A stretch of 64,000 nt of DNA from the human T2T-CHM13v2.0 reference genome, Homo sapiens. Below are positions 61,251 through 64,000 of this stretch, in pieces. Position 1 is the first letter of the stretch. Each line of letters opens with the position of its first letter. The notes under the pieces are model-generated. The model saw nothing but the letters and a program-made list of their open reading frames with translations, did not search any database and was not told the DNA's origin. The stretch lies in NCBI RefSeq assembly GCF_009914755.1, contig NC_060936.1, one strand, 5' to 3'. The position numbers were made by a program, and so were the translations under genes.

Positions 61251-62846
61251 CTAGCTTGTTCAGTATCATAAAAAGGATAAGAGCTGTCCCAGCGACAGAC
61301 CCTTCAAGGATTTAGATTTCACCTAAGTATAAATAAGAACTCTTAACAGTCAGAGCAAAGCTTTTCAAAGATGGAATGAGGAGGTAGTAGTGAGTTCTCC
61401 ATGACAGGAGCCATTCCAGAAAATGCTAGCCAACCCCTCGATAGAGATTCAAGCAATAAAGGGAGTGTAGAATTTAAAGGTTCCTGACAACTCAGGGGTG
61501 TTGTCGTTACTAGTTCTCTCCTTCTGATACACATCATCTGGCCTCAGAAAATGAATATCAATCTTGATATAGCTTACGTAGAATTTGTAATGACCTCCCA
61601 GCCTTCATTTTTTGGCCACTGCTGCATTTTATTTCAGCACGCCACCCTATTTATCTTCATCAGGTTGTGAGGCAGCGGATCAATTCATTATTCTTACTTA
61701 TCTAATACAGAAGGAAGAAAAATTGTCCACAAAACCTTACCAGCTGGGAAGGGAAAAAGTAGCTAGAAGCAATTCGGTCACTGAAAAATAGAACTTCTTT
61801 TTATAAAGAAAAAAATGCATTTCAGCAAAACGATCAAGTTAGGGAAGGGCCATTTTTGAGAGTGGGATGAAATCCAGGTATGTGAATTTGCACACGTCCA
61901 CCACATCTCATATGCATTTTTTAAACTGGACTCAACAAAGAAAAACCATGAGTCATGCATTGGTTTGGCATAAGTGGCTGGTGAGTGAGGTCTCCTGTCC
62001 GCCCCAGTCTTCCCTCCTGCAGAATGGGAATGTCATTACATTAACATGACAGGTGATGGAGAGGCACTCTTGCAGCAATGGTGGTAAGGGACAGCTCTGT
62101 CAAAATGCAGGGAGAAGCAAGAGGGAAGAGAGGGATTTTCTGTGCCCTGGACATGGCCACCTCCGATTTTATCATGGGTTGGTTAATTTCACCTCCCCAG
62201 CAGCCTCAGGTCCCCAAAGGCCAGCAGTGGCTCTGTAAGCCATCAGCCTGAGGCAGTCTACTGGCTGCACTCTTAGTCTACTCTGGAGTATGAGGATTCA
62301 TCCACCAGGCTCCAGTTTGATTCACGGCACTCTCTTGACAGCCTCATTCCCCAGAGTCCCCGAGGACCCCAGCATTTTGTTCATCTCCTGCTCTGAGCTC
62401 TTCGGGAGGGAATGTGACTATGTGACTGTCAGCCAGTTGTCACATTTCATCCCAGAGGCAGTGGAAATGATGCCTGAATGCCATGCCTCTGTGTGCTGCA
62501 TCGGAGATGCCTCTATGTGACTGAAACATCATGGACGATTTTCAGTACATGGGAGGCTGTTCTTTTCCATTCCTTTATATTTTGTGCTCATCTTTATATG
62601 CCTTTATCTTCCTTCTCATAATAAATCCTATATGGTAAGAATTTTGATTCCCATTTTTACAGATAGGGAAACTGAGGTGGAGGCAACAAGGCTAAAAAGT
62701 GGCAGAGAGGGAATGTGGACCTAGGCTGACCTGACCTCTAAGCCCAACTCTTTGTGGTGCCTCTTCAGTTACAATGCCTCCTCTAAAGAGAGAGGGGAGA
62801 GAATAAGATGCTTCTCTCCTCTCCACTGCTTTGAAAAATATGATCA

Positions 62847-63265
62847 AGCCAGGCACAGTGCTCATATCTGTAATCTCAGCACTTTGGGAAGCCGAGGCAG
62901 GCGGATTGCTTGAGCCCAGGAGTTTGAGACCAACCTGGGCAACAAAGTGACACCCCGTCTCTACCAAAAAAAAAAAAAATTGGCCGGGCATCATCGTGGG
63001 TGCCTATAGACCCAGCTACTCAGGAGGCTTGAGCCCAGGAGGTGGAGGTTGCAGTGAGCCAAGATCATGCCAGGGTGAGTGACAGAATGAGACCCTGTCT
63101 CAAAAAATAATAATAATAATAAATATGATCAGCTGGGTGTGGGGGCATATGCCTGTAGTCTGAGATATTGGGAGGCTGAAGCAAGAGATTCACTTCAGCC
63201 CAGGAGTTCGAGGCCAGCCTGGGCAACATAGTGAGACCCTGTCTCTAAGACAAAAAAAAAAAAAG
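62847..63265 (+). mobile_element. AluJ-like element (62847-63122) followed by a FLAM-like monomer (63131-63265)
   Basis: TSD approx. AAATATGATCA around the first element. Confidence 0.82.
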
Positions 63266-64000
63266 AGAGAAGGAGGAAGAAAGAGCTTTCTGGGCTAAGA
63301 CAAATGTTAGTCATGTGTATCTGTGATGTGGTGTGATGACAGGTCTACTTGTTCTGGATGTCTTTTTTTTGGTGAGTATTGTTTGGGGGAGAAAGAAGTA
63401 TTGGGTGGCGTGAGGATTCAATGTAGATGGACCAATGTTTAATGGGACTGAGGACACAGAGAGGACACAGAGCGGACACAGAGATGTGGGAGACAGGGTC
63501 CCTCAAGGTGCTCCTTGACACACAGACACAGCTTGGGGGACTTAGTTGCTGCCAAGCCAACTCTTGGCGTGACATGAGGTGGCAGGAGTGGGGACGGACG
63601 GCCACTGAGGACCCACCACCCCAGGACAGCCGGGCGCCTCTGGCAGGCAGGTCCACGGTTACTGATTGTCATGGTCAAGCTCAGCTGGGCACTGGGTCCA
63701 GAAGGAGATGTGACTGGCCCATTTTGTGTCTTTTATCTGAGCCTGCACCTTTCCTAACTCAGATTTTTTAAATACTTTTTTCTTTATACTCACTTTGTTT
63801 TTCTCTGTACTAATACACTAACTCGGATTTTTGGCTTTTATTGGGCCGAGGTCCCACCAACCTGGATGCTCAGCCTTGTTTGGTAAAGCAAGAAAAGTAT
63901 CTGAGAAATGTTCCCTAAAGGCTGATTTCACCCCAAACAGTCACTCAGTGATGCGCCTCACTTACCAAGGACACACCCCCAAAAGGCATCTCCTGGCCTC

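Overview
This is human-type (primate) genomic DNA, rich in Alu, L1, MIR, L2, MaLR and MER elements. It carries the 3' half of the ankyrin-repeat/BTB gene BTBD11 (ABTB3) on the + strand. I reconstructed 13 GT-AG coding exons (3677-51199). They splice with consistent phases into about 556 codons: ankyrin repeats, a linker, a BTB/POZ domain, a C-terminal helical region and a terminal GSVV class I PDZ ligand. A ~1.9 kb 3' UTR follows with two candidate poly(A) signals, then ~11 kb of repeat-rich downstream DNA. Almost all ORF-track entries are spurious (Alu-derived or random); only those overlapping the exons are real. I see no prokaryote-style novel system, CRISPR array or structural RNA gene. 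Two leads stand out. (1) A candidate in-frame 39-nt microexon or alternative first exon at 12.7-12.9 kb lies between the ankyrin and BTB halves. (2) Several local templated-insertion scars are visible: two ~110-120 bp copies of nearby downstream DNA pasted into repeats, plus short inverted snippets at deletion junctions. These resemble fossil double-strand-break repair events. Repeat boundaries and subfamily names were judged by eye and are approximate.
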